Shown in pieces: positions 9,543 to 18,152 of a DNA stretch of 29,380 nt. The notes beneath the pieces are model-generated. The model made no database searches, had not been told where the DNA came from, and saw only the letters and a program-made list of their open reading frames with translations. The position numbers were made by a program, and so were the translations under genes. The stretch covers positions 1 to 29,380 of IMG/VR virus record IMGVR_UViG_3300020045_005537; one strand, given 5' to 3'. The DNA is from a virus. Its lineage: Duplodnaviria; Caudoviricetes. Position 1 is the stretch's first letter. Each line of letters starts with the position of its first letter.

Positions 9543-9758
9543 TCAAATAAACAACACCATAATGCTTATCAGCACAATAATCAACATAAACACATGATAC
9601 CAGTCATCAAAGCTATGCGGGCCCTCGCCAAACGCATAGTAAACAAAATCCCGCTCTATATGCCACCGAACATCCGCTGGTAAAAAGGCGATTATCGGCA
9701 ACAGGATAAGCCACACGGATAAAACTCCAATTACCCTTGTGTCATGTATTGCTTTCAT
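9543..9758 (-). CDS. Small membrane protein (two hydrophobic segments)
   Basis: Hydrophobic stretches VIGVLSVWLILLPIIAFL and VFMLIIVLISIMVLFI. ATGA overlap with the upstream ORF. Confidence 0.55.
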   Translation of the reverse strand: MKAIHDTRVIGVLSVWLILLPIIAFLPADVRWHIERDFVYYAFGEGPHSFDDWYHVFMLIIVLISIMVLFI

Positions 9759-9961
9759 AAAAATTCGCCTGTATTGCAAAAATTTACCAATGAACGCAGT
9801 CTTTTATTGCGCTCAACCAGAAACTCGGTTACACGGTACCTAATATCTTCTTCAATATCATCTATCAATTCAATTACCGCCGAAATTACGGAGTCATCCC
9901 CGTCGCCATCTTCAATATTTTCAAAGTCTAAATCAATTTCAAGTTTCATTTTAATCCTCAT
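9755..9961 (-). CDS. Hypothetical acidic protein
   Basis: Overlaps both neighbours in a tightly packed run. Confidence 0.5.
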   Translation of the reverse strand: MRIKMKLEIDLDFENIEDGDGDDSVISAVIELIDDIEEDIRYRVTEFLVERNKRLRSLVNFCNTGEFL

Positions 9962-10157
9962 TAATATAAATCATCACGCCTTTTGCATAGGATTTTTGAG
10001 CAAATTTTCCGACACTAATTCGTGACTTTTCGTTTGCCATCTTCTTTTTGTTTGCTTTTTCGTCACATAATTTACAAACAGGTTTGTGTCCATGCCTGTC
10101 TATTTTTAATTCAATATTCTTGTGTCGGCCGCATCTATTGCAATAAAAAGTTTCCAT
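9951..10157 (-). CDS. Small zinc-finger protein
   Basis: CNRC...CKLC, basic. First ORF of the leftward transcription unit. Confidence 0.55.
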   Translation of the reverse strand: METFYCNRCGRHKNIELKIDRHGHKPVCKLCDEKANKKKMANEKSRISVGKFAQKSYAKGVMIYINED

Positions 10158-10417
10158 AAAAACACCACTGTAATTTAAAAAATGTAACCCTGATTTAATT
10201 ACACACGTGCCGGCTTAAAATTACGCGCCTTCCGGCCTTGTTACCCATACCAAAACGGGATTATTTTACCCCGCACCGATGAAATAGGGACAGTGCGGCA
10301 AGTTTTACGCGATAGCATTAAATCGTTAGCCGGTAGGTTAGCCGGGTTCTTTTCCCAATCCCTCACTCTGCAATGAGGATTCGGCTGATGGATGGGCGCT
10401 ACCCTGATGTCGATAAC

Positions 10418-10446
10418 ACTATAGCATAAATTTATTATTTGTATAG
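10418..10446 (-). promoter_or_regulatory. Possible leftward promoter (extended -10)
   Basis: TGcTATAGT on the minus strand with AT-rich upstream sequence, at the divergence point. Confidence 0.4.
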
Positions 10447-10471
10447 ATTGTTTTTTAGACGACAAAGCATA

Positions 10472-10858
10472 GGGCGACAGTGTGGCGACAAGCTACACCC
10501 CCCTTAAGGGGGGTTGTAGCCTTTTATCGCCCAAGGCTACACCAAAATGGCGTGTCGCCCAGGGCGATTGTCGCCTTTTGTCGCCTTTTGTTGGGTAGTT
10601 TAGGCGTTAGTCATAAAAAATATTGTGGTTTATATGATTTTTTTGTTGTTTTTATGCAATCATTATCTAAAAATCAGATAAAAAATCAATCTGTCGCCCA
10701 GGGCGACAAACTCAAAATCGCCATTTGTCGCCTTTTCGTGGGTATTCTAGCCGTTAGTCATAAAAATATCGATAAAATCGCCCTGGGCGACAAAGGGCGT
10801 TTGTCGCCTTTTACAAGGTATTGTAGGCGTTAGACGCTGACTTATTTTAATCATAAAA
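10472..10858. repeat. Iteron/palindrome cluster, putative replication origin
   Basis: More than a dozen (T/G)TCGCC / GGCGA(C/T) motifs in both orientations, the palindrome GCTACA-CCCCCCTTAAGGGGGG-t-TGTAGC (10492-10520), repeated TTAGTCATAAAAA and AT-rich spacers. Lies just upstream of the primase-helicase. Confidence 0.65.
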
Positions 10859-10899
10859 AGGCTGTTTATTTTAAAACAAATGCATTAATATTCGCCCTC

Positions 10900-10950
10900 A
10901 CGCTGATAGGGTAGCTCCCGAAATCCAGTTTTCCCGCCTGGACTCAGCGT
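10900..10950 (+). ncRNA. c4-like antisense/regulatory RNA structure
   Basis: Closing stem ACGCTGA/TCAGCGT encloses GGG-tagct-CCC and TCCAG-ttttcccgc-CTGGA. The loop is complementary to downstream GCGGG (10961) and GGGAAAA (10980). Confidence 0.55.
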
Positions 10951-10989
10951 TCATTTATTCGCGGGGTACAATAAAAAAAGGGAAAATCC

Positions 10990-11247
10990 ATGTCTATCCT
11001 GCACGTTTTTGAGCAATCCCGTCGCATCGATATTTATCTGGCTTGGCAAATCATTGCCGACGGCCGTAAACAAATCAGGCGCTACTCTCCCCATGCCATA
11101 CCGGACGAACTCAAGCTGTTCGAGCCGCAATCCGATAAAGCTCTCCAGTGGCTTGAATCAAACGATAACCCTATATGGCCGTGTGTAGCCCATGGCGATG
11201 CCTACACTACCGTCTATATAGGGGCCAAAACATGCGGCAAAGTTTAG
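10990..11247 (+). CDS. Hypothetical protein
   Basis: 85 aa with an AAGGGA RBS; overlaps the primase start. Confidence 0.6.
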   Translation: MSILHVFEQSRRIDIYLAWQIIADGRKQIRRYSPHAIPDELKLFEPQSDKALQWLESNDNPIWPCVAHGDAYTTVYIGAKTCGKV

Positions 11248-13235
11248 AGGAAGCCAAACATTTCCTAAACCTGCTGGACGAAACCGCACAGCAATTTACT
11301 TTTCAAACGTTTAGCGATAAAAAAACCAATGGGAGCGATCCCTTGGCGAGCTGGCTGCATGGTGATATAAGCGCGCTATTCCCCCAGCTATGCAAGCTCA
11401 ACGACCAAGGCGCCGGCATCTTCGTTATGGTCAATGCCGGAAACGGCACCGGCCGTAATAACCAATCAGTCGAACGCATACGCTGCTTGTTCAATGAAAA
11501 TGACGAGGGATTACCCAAGGCGCTTCCGCTCGATCCTCATATCGTCGTGGAATCAAGTCCCGGTAAAGCGCATTATTATTTTCTCTGTGACGGCATCGAA
11601 AAGGACGAGTTTACCGCGCTACAGGAGCGGTTGATAGCGGACTATGGCAGTGATAAGAGCGCTAAGGATGTGGCGCGTGTCCTACGCCTGCCGGGGTTTT
11701 ATCACCAAAAAAAAGAGCCGCACAAGGTATCTATAATTCACGAATCGTCAAGCCTTCCTTATCATCGGGATGTTGTTTTATCGTCATTCCCTCCCGTTGT
11801 TAAGCCAAAACCAGACCGTTCTACAGCACCTGTCATCGACAGCTCAAACAACCTGATAGCCGACCTGCGCTCGGCGCTTTTTTCGTTACATGCCGACGAC
11901 TATCATTTGTGGATTGAAATCGGTATGGCGCTTAAATCCATGGGGGACCAAGGGCGCGGCCTGTGGCTGGAATGGTCGAGTACCTCAGAGTCATTTGATC
12001 CGGTGGAATCGGCAAAAAAATGGCAATCCTTCGCACCGACAACCATCGGCTATAAAAGCGTATTCCATGAGGCTACGTCTCGCGGCTGGTTAAATCCGCG
12101 TAAAAAATTACCGGGCGATACGGTTAAAAAATCGCCGGTGTCGCCTTCTGTCGCCCAAGGCGACACAGATGATATTGACGATTTTAAACTGATACCCATC
12201 CGCCAATTAGTCGAAAACCCAATAAATATCAAATGGGCGATTAAGGGCGTGATTGAGCAAGGCGGGGTCAGCTTAATCTCCGGTCCTTATGGATCAGGTA
12301 AATCGTTTATCGCCTTCGATATGGCCTTTTGTATTGCCGCAGGGCTGGATTGGCAAGGCTGCAAAGGCTTACAAATGCCGGTCATTGTCTTGGCAGGTGA
12401 GGGGCATAGCGGCATTGGCGATCGATTCGACGCCCTGTCCCGGCATTATGATTTAAGGTGTCCTGAAAATCTGTACCTGTCCGCCTCTCCCGCTCGTATT
12501 AATGACCGGATCAATGCGGCATGGGTCAAGGTAGCTGTAGATAAGCTTTGCCCTGATGCCGGGGTGATTGTAATCGATACCTTAAATAGAAATTTTGGCG
12601 ACGGGGACGAAAATAGCACACGGGATATGACTGCCTTTATCTCATCGATTGACGATCATTTTAGAAGCACTGGCAAGACTATTATCATCATCCACCATAC
12701 CGGTCATGCCGATCCCCAGCGTGCGCGTGGAAACACATCACTGCCTGCGGCGTGCGAGGGGGAGTTTATTGTAACGCGTGACAAAAACAATGAATCTATC
12801 GTCAACCTATCCTGTAAAAAACAAAAAAACGCCAAAAAAGCCGACGATATGGAATTTGTATTTAGGCCGGTAGACCTTGATAGGGTTGACGAGGACGGGG
12901 AACCTATAGGCAGTCTGGTGCTGGAATTATCAAGCCGGGAAAGAGGGGCGAAATTTAATATGCTGAGCAAAAACGATGACAGTGTTTTAACTGCGCTAAG
13001 AATGGCATTAACCAATTTTGGTCGGGAAACACCGTCGGCCTGGCGCGATAGAGATGAGTTTATCGGCATTGAAAAGATTGTTAACTTGGCGCATTGGCGC
13101 GAGGAATCTAAATTTACACTGGAGGAATTAAAGCCCAGGTCAATCAAAGATACCTTTAGACGCAGTAAAGAGCGATTGATTGAGCTTGGGCTTGTTGGGG
13201 AATATTCGGATTATTGTTGGGAAATTAAAAAATAA
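11232..13235 (+). CDS. Primase-helicase: RepB-type primase + PriCT-2 + AAA_25 (RepA-like) helicase
   Basis: 'VESSPGKAHYY' and 'D.ARVLRLPGFYH.K' (RepB primase); 'DDY..W..IGMALK...W..WS...KW.SF' (PriCT-2); Walker A GPYGSGKS, Walker B VIVIDT and 'HHTG...RARG'. Start moved to ATG 11232. Confidence 0.9.
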   Translation: MRQSLEEAKHFLNLLDETAQQFTFQTFSDKKTNGSDPLASWLHGDISALFPQLCKLNDQGAGIFVMVNAGNGTGRNNQSVERIRCLFNENDEGLPKALPLDPHIVVESSPGKAHYYFLCDGIEKDEFTALQERLIADYGSDKSAKDVARVLRLPGFYHQKKEPHKVSIIHESSSLPYHRDVVLSSFPPVVKPKPDRSTAPVIDSSNNLIADLRSALFSLHADDYHLWIEIGMALKSMGDQGRGLWLEWSSTSESFDPVESAKKWQSFAPTTIGYKSVFHEATSRGWLNPRKKLPGDTVKKSPVSPSVAQGDTDDIDDFKLIPIRQLVENPINIKWAIKGVIEQGGVSLISGPYGSGKSFIAFDMAFCIAAGLDWQGCKGLQMPVIVLAGEGHSGIGDRFDALSRHYDLRCPENLYLSASPARINDRINAAWVKVAVDKLCPDAGVIVIDTLNRNFGDGDENSTRDMTAFISSIDDHFRSTGKTIIIIHHTGHADPQRARGNTSLPAACEGEFIVTRDKNNESIVNLSCKKQKNAKKADDMEFVFRPVDLDRVDEDGEPIGSLVLELSSRERGAKFNMLSKNDDSVLTALRMALTNFGRETPSAWRDRDEFIGIEKIVNLAHWREESKFTLEELKPRSIKDTFRRSKERLIELGLVGEYSDYCWEIKK

Positions 13236-13295
13236 TTTTCATAATTTTATTATTATGATATAGTGTCGTCGAACTTAACAAAAAAAGGAATAAAG

Positions 13296-13457
13296 ATGGA
13301 AACATCAAAGAAAAAGAAAGACGCTTTTCAAGCATCTTTGCCGCTGGCGCTGCATACGCCGATAAAGATTGCAGCGGCCAAGGCATCCATGGGCTTGTCT
13401 AAATGGATAGCCGATGCCATCCGGTTAAAGCTGGCGGACAGCGAGGATGGGAAGTAA
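13296..13457 (+). CDS. Small ribbon-helix-helix-like DNA-binding protein
   Basis: 'FQASLPLALH..IKIAAA...MGLSKWIADAI' pattern, AAGGA RBS, and an upstream TGaTATAGT extended -10 (13256-13264). Confidence 0.55.
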   Translation: METSKKKKDAFQASLPLALHTPIKIAAAKASMGLSKWIADAIRLKLADSEDGK

Positions 13458-14299
13458 TGGCTATCAAGGATTTAAACAAAATCGACTTTGAGTCGATTGG
13501 ACTTATACCAAAGTCCGAAAAGCATCCGCAGTTTACGGTAATTTACGGCAAGGGTGGTTTAGGAAAAACTACGGCAGCGTGCTACTCGCCTGATCCGGTA
13601 ATCATACCCATTGGCCGTGAGACCGGACATGAGCGCATGGTGGCTAACGGAATCCCGGCGTTTCAATGTCCGTCCGGTATGGCTCCTTTGGACTTTGTGT
13701 TCGGGGCGATTGCCAAGCTGCTTAAATCGGAGCACAGTCGCAAGACGGTCATTTTCGATAATATCGGCACGTTCCGCGAGTGCGTGACGGAGGATGTTGA
13801 AAACGACAATAAAGGCACCGATCTAAAAGCCTTTGGCCGTGGCGTATCGATGGAGTTTCCCTACTACGGCAAACTTTTAGCCGGATTCGACCAGCTCTTG
13901 AAGAAAGGTCTGCATGTTATTCTAATTGCCCATGACGTGTCATTTAACGTCAATCTTGAGTCTGGCGACTATTACAGCCGGGTCGGTATCAATGCCCCGG
14001 CGGGTGAAAATACCAATGTCCGCGGCTTGCTTGAGGCACGCGCCCATAACGTGTTCTTTATACAGGGCGAGAACCCGACTACCGTGGTTAAAGGCGCCGG
14101 TGGCAAGAACAAACAGATTGCTACATCTGGACAAATCAGCCGGGTAATCTACACCAAGCCCGCCGGTACTTTCTTTGCCAAGTCTCGGGTCAATCTCGAT
14201 CATTTCTATGAGATTGAGCCTTCGGAGACAGAGGAAGAGCTGTTAAAAAACCGCTCTAATCCTACATTAATCAAACTTTGGAGTGATGTATATCAATGA
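13457..14299 (+). CDS. AAA_24 / Sak4-like ssDNA-annealing ATPase
   Basis: Walker A GKGGLGKTT, 'KTVIFD', 'VILIAH', 'AKSR'. TAATG coupling to the upstream ORF. Confidence 0.8.
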   Translation: MAIKDLNKIDFESIGLIPKSEKHPQFTVIYGKGGLGKTTAACYSPDPVIIPIGRETGHERMVANGIPAFQCPSGMAPLDFVFGAIAKLLKSEHSRKTVIFDNIGTFRECVTEDVENDNKGTDLKAFGRGVSMEFPYYGKLLAGFDQLLKKGLHVILIAHDVSFNVNLESGDYYSRVGINAPAGENTNVRGLLEARAHNVFFIQGENPTTVVKGAGGKNKQIATSGQISRVIYTKPAGTFFAKSRVNLDHFYEIEPSETEEELLKNRSNPTLIKLWSDVYQ

Positions 14300-14481
14300 G
14301 ATTTGAAATCATAAAAAACCACGTAAACAACCCTACGCGTACGTCATCATTATCGAACGTCATAGGCCATATCAACTTCGACGGCATGACTCCAGCGCTG
14401 CTGGAATCACTAACCGCGCTCGACTATACCGTCGAGCTTAAACCTTCACAAAAACTAACCAAAGAGGCAAAACAAGCATGA
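14296..14481 (+). CDS. Hypothetical protein
   Basis: ATGA overlaps at both ends. Confidence 0.6.
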   Translation: MRFEIIKNHVNNPTRTSSLSNVIGHINFDGMTPALLESLTALDYTVELKPSQKLTKEAKQA

Positions 14482-15056
14482 GCTTTTTCCAAAAATCCGA
14501 CGGCAGCGCCGTTGAAAAAAAGAACACCGCGTCAGTTGGCGGTTTTCAAAAATTGATTCCTGATGGAACACAGTTGCAATGTGCCATTGCAGGCGCGGTG
14601 TGGGCTGAAAAGCAAAATAAAAAGGTTGTACTGGTCACGCTGCATGTAACGGAACCGGGGACGTATCGAAACTTTAAGGTCGATCACGCCTTGAAGGTTT
14701 TTGACGACAAAGATAAGACACGGGACGCGGCGCTGGATATGCTGATGACGTATGACACGCTGTGTAAAGGCGAGTTAGCCAAGGCCGATGCGGCAGGCAA
14801 GTCGATAGTGGACAATAATCCATTGTTGGCTCGCGCATTGAATGGCGGTGTTTTGATTGCCACGTTTGCGGAATATGAGTTTAAACTAAAGGATAGAGAA
14901 ACTGGCGAAGAAACCGGCGAAGTTATGACGGGGAACTGGGTGCGAGGCATTGCGCCAAAGCCGGGGGCGCGTGAGGAGGCTAAGGCGGCTGATGTTAAGG
15001 CGGAGTCGCAAGGCTTTAGAGAGCCTGGATCGGACGACGATTTGGATATTTTTTAA
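14478..15056 (+). CDS. Single-stranded DNA-binding protein (DUF669-like)
   Basis: 'IPDG....C.I..A', 'GNWVRGI' and an acidic-aromatic tail DDDLDIF. Follows the Sak4-like gene. Confidence 0.7.
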   Translation: MSFFQKSDGSAVEKKNTASVGGFQKLIPDGTQLQCAIAGAVWAEKQNKKVVLVTLHVTEPGTYRNFKVDHALKVFDDKDKTRDAALDMLMTYDTLCKGELAKADAAGKSIVDNNPLLARALNGGVLIATFAEYEFKLKDRETGEETGEVMTGNWVRGIAPKPGAREEAKAADVKAESQGFREPGSDDDLDIF

Positions 15057-15064
15057 TTTTAACC

Positions 15065-15087
15065 GGGCGGCATTGCCGCCCTTTTTT
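15065..15087 (+). terminator. Intrinsic terminator
   Basis: GGGCGGC-att-GCCGCCC followed by TTTTTT. Confidence 0.75.
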
Positions 15088-15097
15088 GGGGGGTAAA

Positions 15098-15616
15098 ATG
15101 ATCTGTACAACACTCAATAAAATACGCGCATGTAGTCCTTGCGAATCAGGATGGTCTAAGCTTTTAAAGCATTTGGATAAAACCAAGGCAGACGACGAAT
15201 CACTTCCGTTTAGCGTTATTGTTGAATCGAATGGTATTGAAGACGCGATTTGGTGCTGTCGCACGGTTGAAGGCTATGATAAGGAATGGAGGCTGTTTGC
15301 CGTTTGGTGCGCTCGACAAGTGCAGCATTTAATGACTGATGAACGTAGCATTAAGGCGATTGATATTGCTGAAAGATTTGCAAATGGGGATGCTACGAAG
15401 GACGAACTATATGCGGCATGGAATGCGGCATGGGCTGTGGCATGGGCTGCGGCAGGGGCTGCGGCAAGTGATGCGGCATGGGCTGCGGCAAGTGATGCGG
15501 CATGGAATGCGGCATGGGCTGCGGCAGGGGCTGCGGCAGGGGCTGCGGCATGGGCTGCGGCAGGGGCTGCGGCAGGGGCTGCACAAAAAGAACAATTTTT
15601 GAAAATAGTAGGATAA
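15098..15616 (+). CDS. Phage protein with Ala-rich AAW(A/N)/AAGA repeats
   Basis: 'TTLNKIR..SPC..GW.KLL..L.KT.ADD..L' N-terminus, 'RLFAVWCARQV..LMTD.RS..A' and an Ala repeat tail; a common phage family of unknown function. Confidence 0.75.
   Translation: MICTTLNKIRACSPCESGWSKLLKHLDKTKADDESLPFSVIVESNGIEDAIWCCRTVEGYDKEWRLFAVWCARQVQHLMTDERSIKAIDIAERFANGDATKDELYAAWNAAWAVAWAAAGAAASDAAWAAASDAAWNAAWAAAGAAAGAAAWAAAGAAAGAAQKEQFLKIVG
15413..15580 (+). repeat. 14 x 12-bp coding tandem repeat
   Basis: Units GCGGCA+TGGAAT / TGGGCT / GGGGCT / AGTGAT (one GTGGCA variant) with no spacers. Confidence 0.9.
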
Positions 15617-15620
15617 AAAA

Positions 15621-16157
15621 ATGGCAACAATAAACGACTTAAACAAAGAGCAACAAGAGCTTTTAGCGCAACTGTACTGGCAAGAAGAAGGGTCGGATGA
15701 GGCTGAACAGATACATGTCGATCTTAACAAAATCTACGGCTCGGTCGAACAAAAGCTTAAATTCTTGTCCGGATTACTGAGGGAGGCAAAAGACATGACC
15801 GAAGCACGCAAAGAGGCGGTTAAACGCGCCCAGGCGCGGGCCAAGACCGCTGCCAATGTAGAGGCGCGGCTAGAGGACTTTATCAAGTCTGCAATGGAAC
15901 AGTTTGGCATTAAGAAGGTGGAAGGCGACGTGTGTAGTATCACCTGGTCAGCCGGGCGCGAGTCGGTATATCTGGAAGGATCAGATATAAAAAGTATCAC
16001 TTATGAGGCGGGTGATTGTAAAAATTTACCAATAGACTGCTATGATTCATTAACAATATTGCGCCCCAGAAAAGATAAAATAAAAGAATATCTTGATGCC
16101 GGTAATGAGTACGACGGCGTTGAGCTGGTTAGAACACCTTATTTACTCGTAAAATAA
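15621..16157 (+). CDS. Siphovirus Gp157-family protein
   Basis: Coiled coil followed by 'K.KIKE.L.AG....GVELV....L.VK'. Sits in the recombination module. Confidence 0.75.
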   Translation: MATINDLNKEQQELLAQLYWQEEGSDEAEQIHVDLNKIYGSVEQKLKFLSGLLREAKDMTEARKEAVKRAQARAKTAANVEARLEDFIKSAMEQFGIKKVEGDVCSITWSAGRESVYLEGSDIKSITYEAGDCKNLPIDCYDSLTILRPRKDKIKEYLDAGNEYDGVELVRTPYLLVK

Positions 16158-16271
16158 AACAGCCTATAATCAATCCACGGAGTCAGACCCGTTCAAGAGA
16201 ATTTAAACAAAGCCGACTTTTTTGCATGAGGTGTTCTCGCCTGTCTGAACATGCAAAGGTCGGCTTTTTTT
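16142..16271 (+). promoter_or_regulatory. Promoter plus attenuator (terminator/anti-terminator) upstream of the helicase operon
   Basis: TTTACT-17-TATAAT (16142-16170). Long hairpin AAAGCCGAC..TTTGCATG / CATGCAAA.GTCGGCTTT plus T-tract, whose loop is complementary to upstream leader segments. Confidence 0.65.
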
Positions 16272-16282
16272 ATGGTGGAATT

Positions 16283-16450
16283 ATGAAACTTAGATGGCTA
16301 GTCGTTAGGAACAGTAGAAATAACGGGAATCACCCGTCTGCAATAGATGATATTCATCCTCATTATATGAAAGTATTGCAATATTTTGATGAAGAGCTAA
16401 AAAAATGGAGAGACATACCAATGGTGTCTGTAGATGAAAAAGACGCCTAG
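16283..16450 (+). CDS. Hypothetical protein
   Basis: MKLRWLV...VLQY...WRDIP; GGTGGA RBS; overlaps the helicase start. Confidence 0.6.
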   Translation: MKLRWLVVRNSRNNGNHPSAIDDIHPHYMKVLQYFDEELKKWRDIPMVSVDEKDA

Positions 16451-18152
16451 GTATTACCAGCGCGACGCCTATAATTCCCTGATAAAATCCGCGCTAAAGC
16501 CACGTCCAGGAACGGCCAATGGATTTGAAATACCGTATGCGTCGATGTGTACAGGGTCTGGCAAATCCCTAGTTGCAGCCATGATAACCAACAAGGTGCT
16601 GAATCAGGGCGGGCGGGTTTTGCAGTTGGTACCGTCGAAAGAACTGTGCGAACAAAACTACGAAGAGGCATGGCATTATGTCGATAAACCTGAACTATTA
16701 GGCATCTGCTGCGCCAAGCTGCACAGGGCGCAAGTTGACCGCAAGGCCGTCATTGCTACCTATACGTCTTTTTTGCGGCGTAGGGCGCACAGCGGGGCGT
16801 TTAATTTACTCATATGCGACGAGGCGCATGGAATAAATCCTGATCAGGATTCGAGCTATTGGAAAATCATCCGCTCGCTGCTGCGCCTTAATCCATCCAT
16901 GAAGATTATCGGCCTGACCGCCACGCCGTACCGGATGGAGCAAGGGATGTTGCATAATGATTGCTTTAAAGGCAAGGCGCTGTTCACCGGCATGGCCTAT
17001 GAAACGCATATACCGACGATGATTAAGGAAGGCTACCTGAGCCATGTTGAATCTATATCGGGCGACGTGGAAGCGGACATGGCTGGCGTTTCTGTTACAA
17101 GCCAAGGCGATTACAATACTGACCAGATGGGCGTTAAATTCGATGCCATCGTTAAGGATGCGGTTGCGGACATGGGCGTTAAGTTTGCGGCGCATAACAT
17201 TCAAACGGCGCTAATATTCGCCTCCAATCTGACCAACGCACGCCATATCCTGAGCGAGTGGAATGATCCAAGTATGCGCCTGGTGCATGGCGACATGGGC
17301 GATAAGGAGAGGCGGGAGACAATCGACTGGATCAAGCATGGAACCGGCAAGCGTTACGTTGTTAATGTCGGCGTATTGACCACGGGATTTGACCATACCG
17401 CGCTGGATTGCGTCGTACTGATGCGGGCGACCATGAGCCTGGGTCTTTATGTGCAGATGGTCGGCAGGGTTATCCGTGCGCATGATGATAAAGCATTGGG
17501 ATATGTCATCGATTATGGCAGCAATATCGAGCGCCACGGGCCCATAGATGCAACGCTACCGCCAAAAACCAAGAAACGCCGTGGCGAAGCGCCTAAGAAG
17601 CTTTGTACGTTGATTCTGGATGAGTCTGTAGAGTTTGAAGGCGTGCAGTACAAGCGCGGCCAGGAATGCAATTACGCCAATATACTAGCCGCCAAGTTTT
17701 GCCGCAAATGCGGCGGGGAGTTTATCAGTGAAAATGAAGAGGGCAAGTATTCCATGCGCTCGAAAGCTCAAATATTGGCGGCTAAAGTGGAGGCCGAAAC
17801 AATACGCTATGACGTGGAAGGAGTCGTTTACACGAAATCCTACAGCCGCAAAGACTCGATCCCAATGATTAAAATGTTGATCTACGGGCAGGATGCGGAA
17901 CTTATCCATACACATTATATTTGCCTTGATCACCCAGGCGGCATGGCGGCCAAGGCGCGTAATTTTGTCATGGAACTGTTCAAGCGGTATGAGGACTATT
18001 ATGAACTTGGCCATGCCGGCGTGACGGTGGACAACATGTGCCATCTACTTAATAATGCGGAACAGTATTTTAAAAAGATTGTTGCGGTTACCGTGCGCCC
18101 GGGTGCGAACCGTAAATTTAAAGAATTGGTGGAGGTGGAGTTTGATAACTAA
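16434..18152 (+). CDS. Superfamily 2 DEAH helicase (RadD/YejH-like)
   Basis: PRYYQ, TGSGKS, DEAH, TATP, LTTGFD, QMVGRVIR and C-terminal cysteines. Confidence 0.92.
   Translation: MKKTPRYYQRDAYNSLIKSALKPRPGTANGFEIPYASMCTGSGKSLVAAMITNKVLNQGGRVLQLVPSKELCEQNYEEAWHYVDKPELLGICCAKLHRAQVDRKAVIATYTSFLRRRAHSGAFNLLICDEAHGINPDQDSSYWKIIRSLLRLNPSMKIIGLTATPYRMEQGMLHNDCFKGKALFTGMAYETHIPTMIKEGYLSHVESISGDVEADMAGVSVTSQGDYNTDQMGVKFDAIVKDAVADMGVKFAAHNIQTALIFASNLTNARHILSEWNDPSMRLVHGDMGDKERRETIDWIKHGTGKRYVVNVGVLTTGFDHTALDCVVLMRATMSLGLYVQMVGRVIRAHDDKALGYVIDYGSNIERHGPIDATLPPKTKKRRGEAPKKLCTLILDESVEFEGVQYKRGQECNYANILAAKFCRKCGGEFISENEEGKYSMRSKAQILAAKVEAETIRYDVEGVVYTKSYSRKDSIPMIKMLIYGQDAELIHTHYICLDHPGGMAAKARNFVMELFKRYEDYYELGHAGVTVDNMCHLLNNAEQYFKKIVAVTVRPGANRKFKELVEVEFDN

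Noticed and set aside
344-9597. Many plus-strand ORFs opposite the head genes (and equivalent ones opposite other modules)
   Set aside because: Shadow ORFs antisense to well-supported genes, with no recognisable motifs.
10480-10833. 117-aa ORF across the iteron region
   Set aside because: The translation simply mirrors the DNA repeats, so it is better explained as an origin.
15413-15580. CRISPR-like array
   Set aside because: The units are contiguous 12-mers in frame within a CDS, with no spacers and no cas genes.
15274-15730. Alternate-frame repeat ORFs (PQPL, RHGL, CRSP)
   Set aside because: They are by-products of the stop-free 12-bp repeat.
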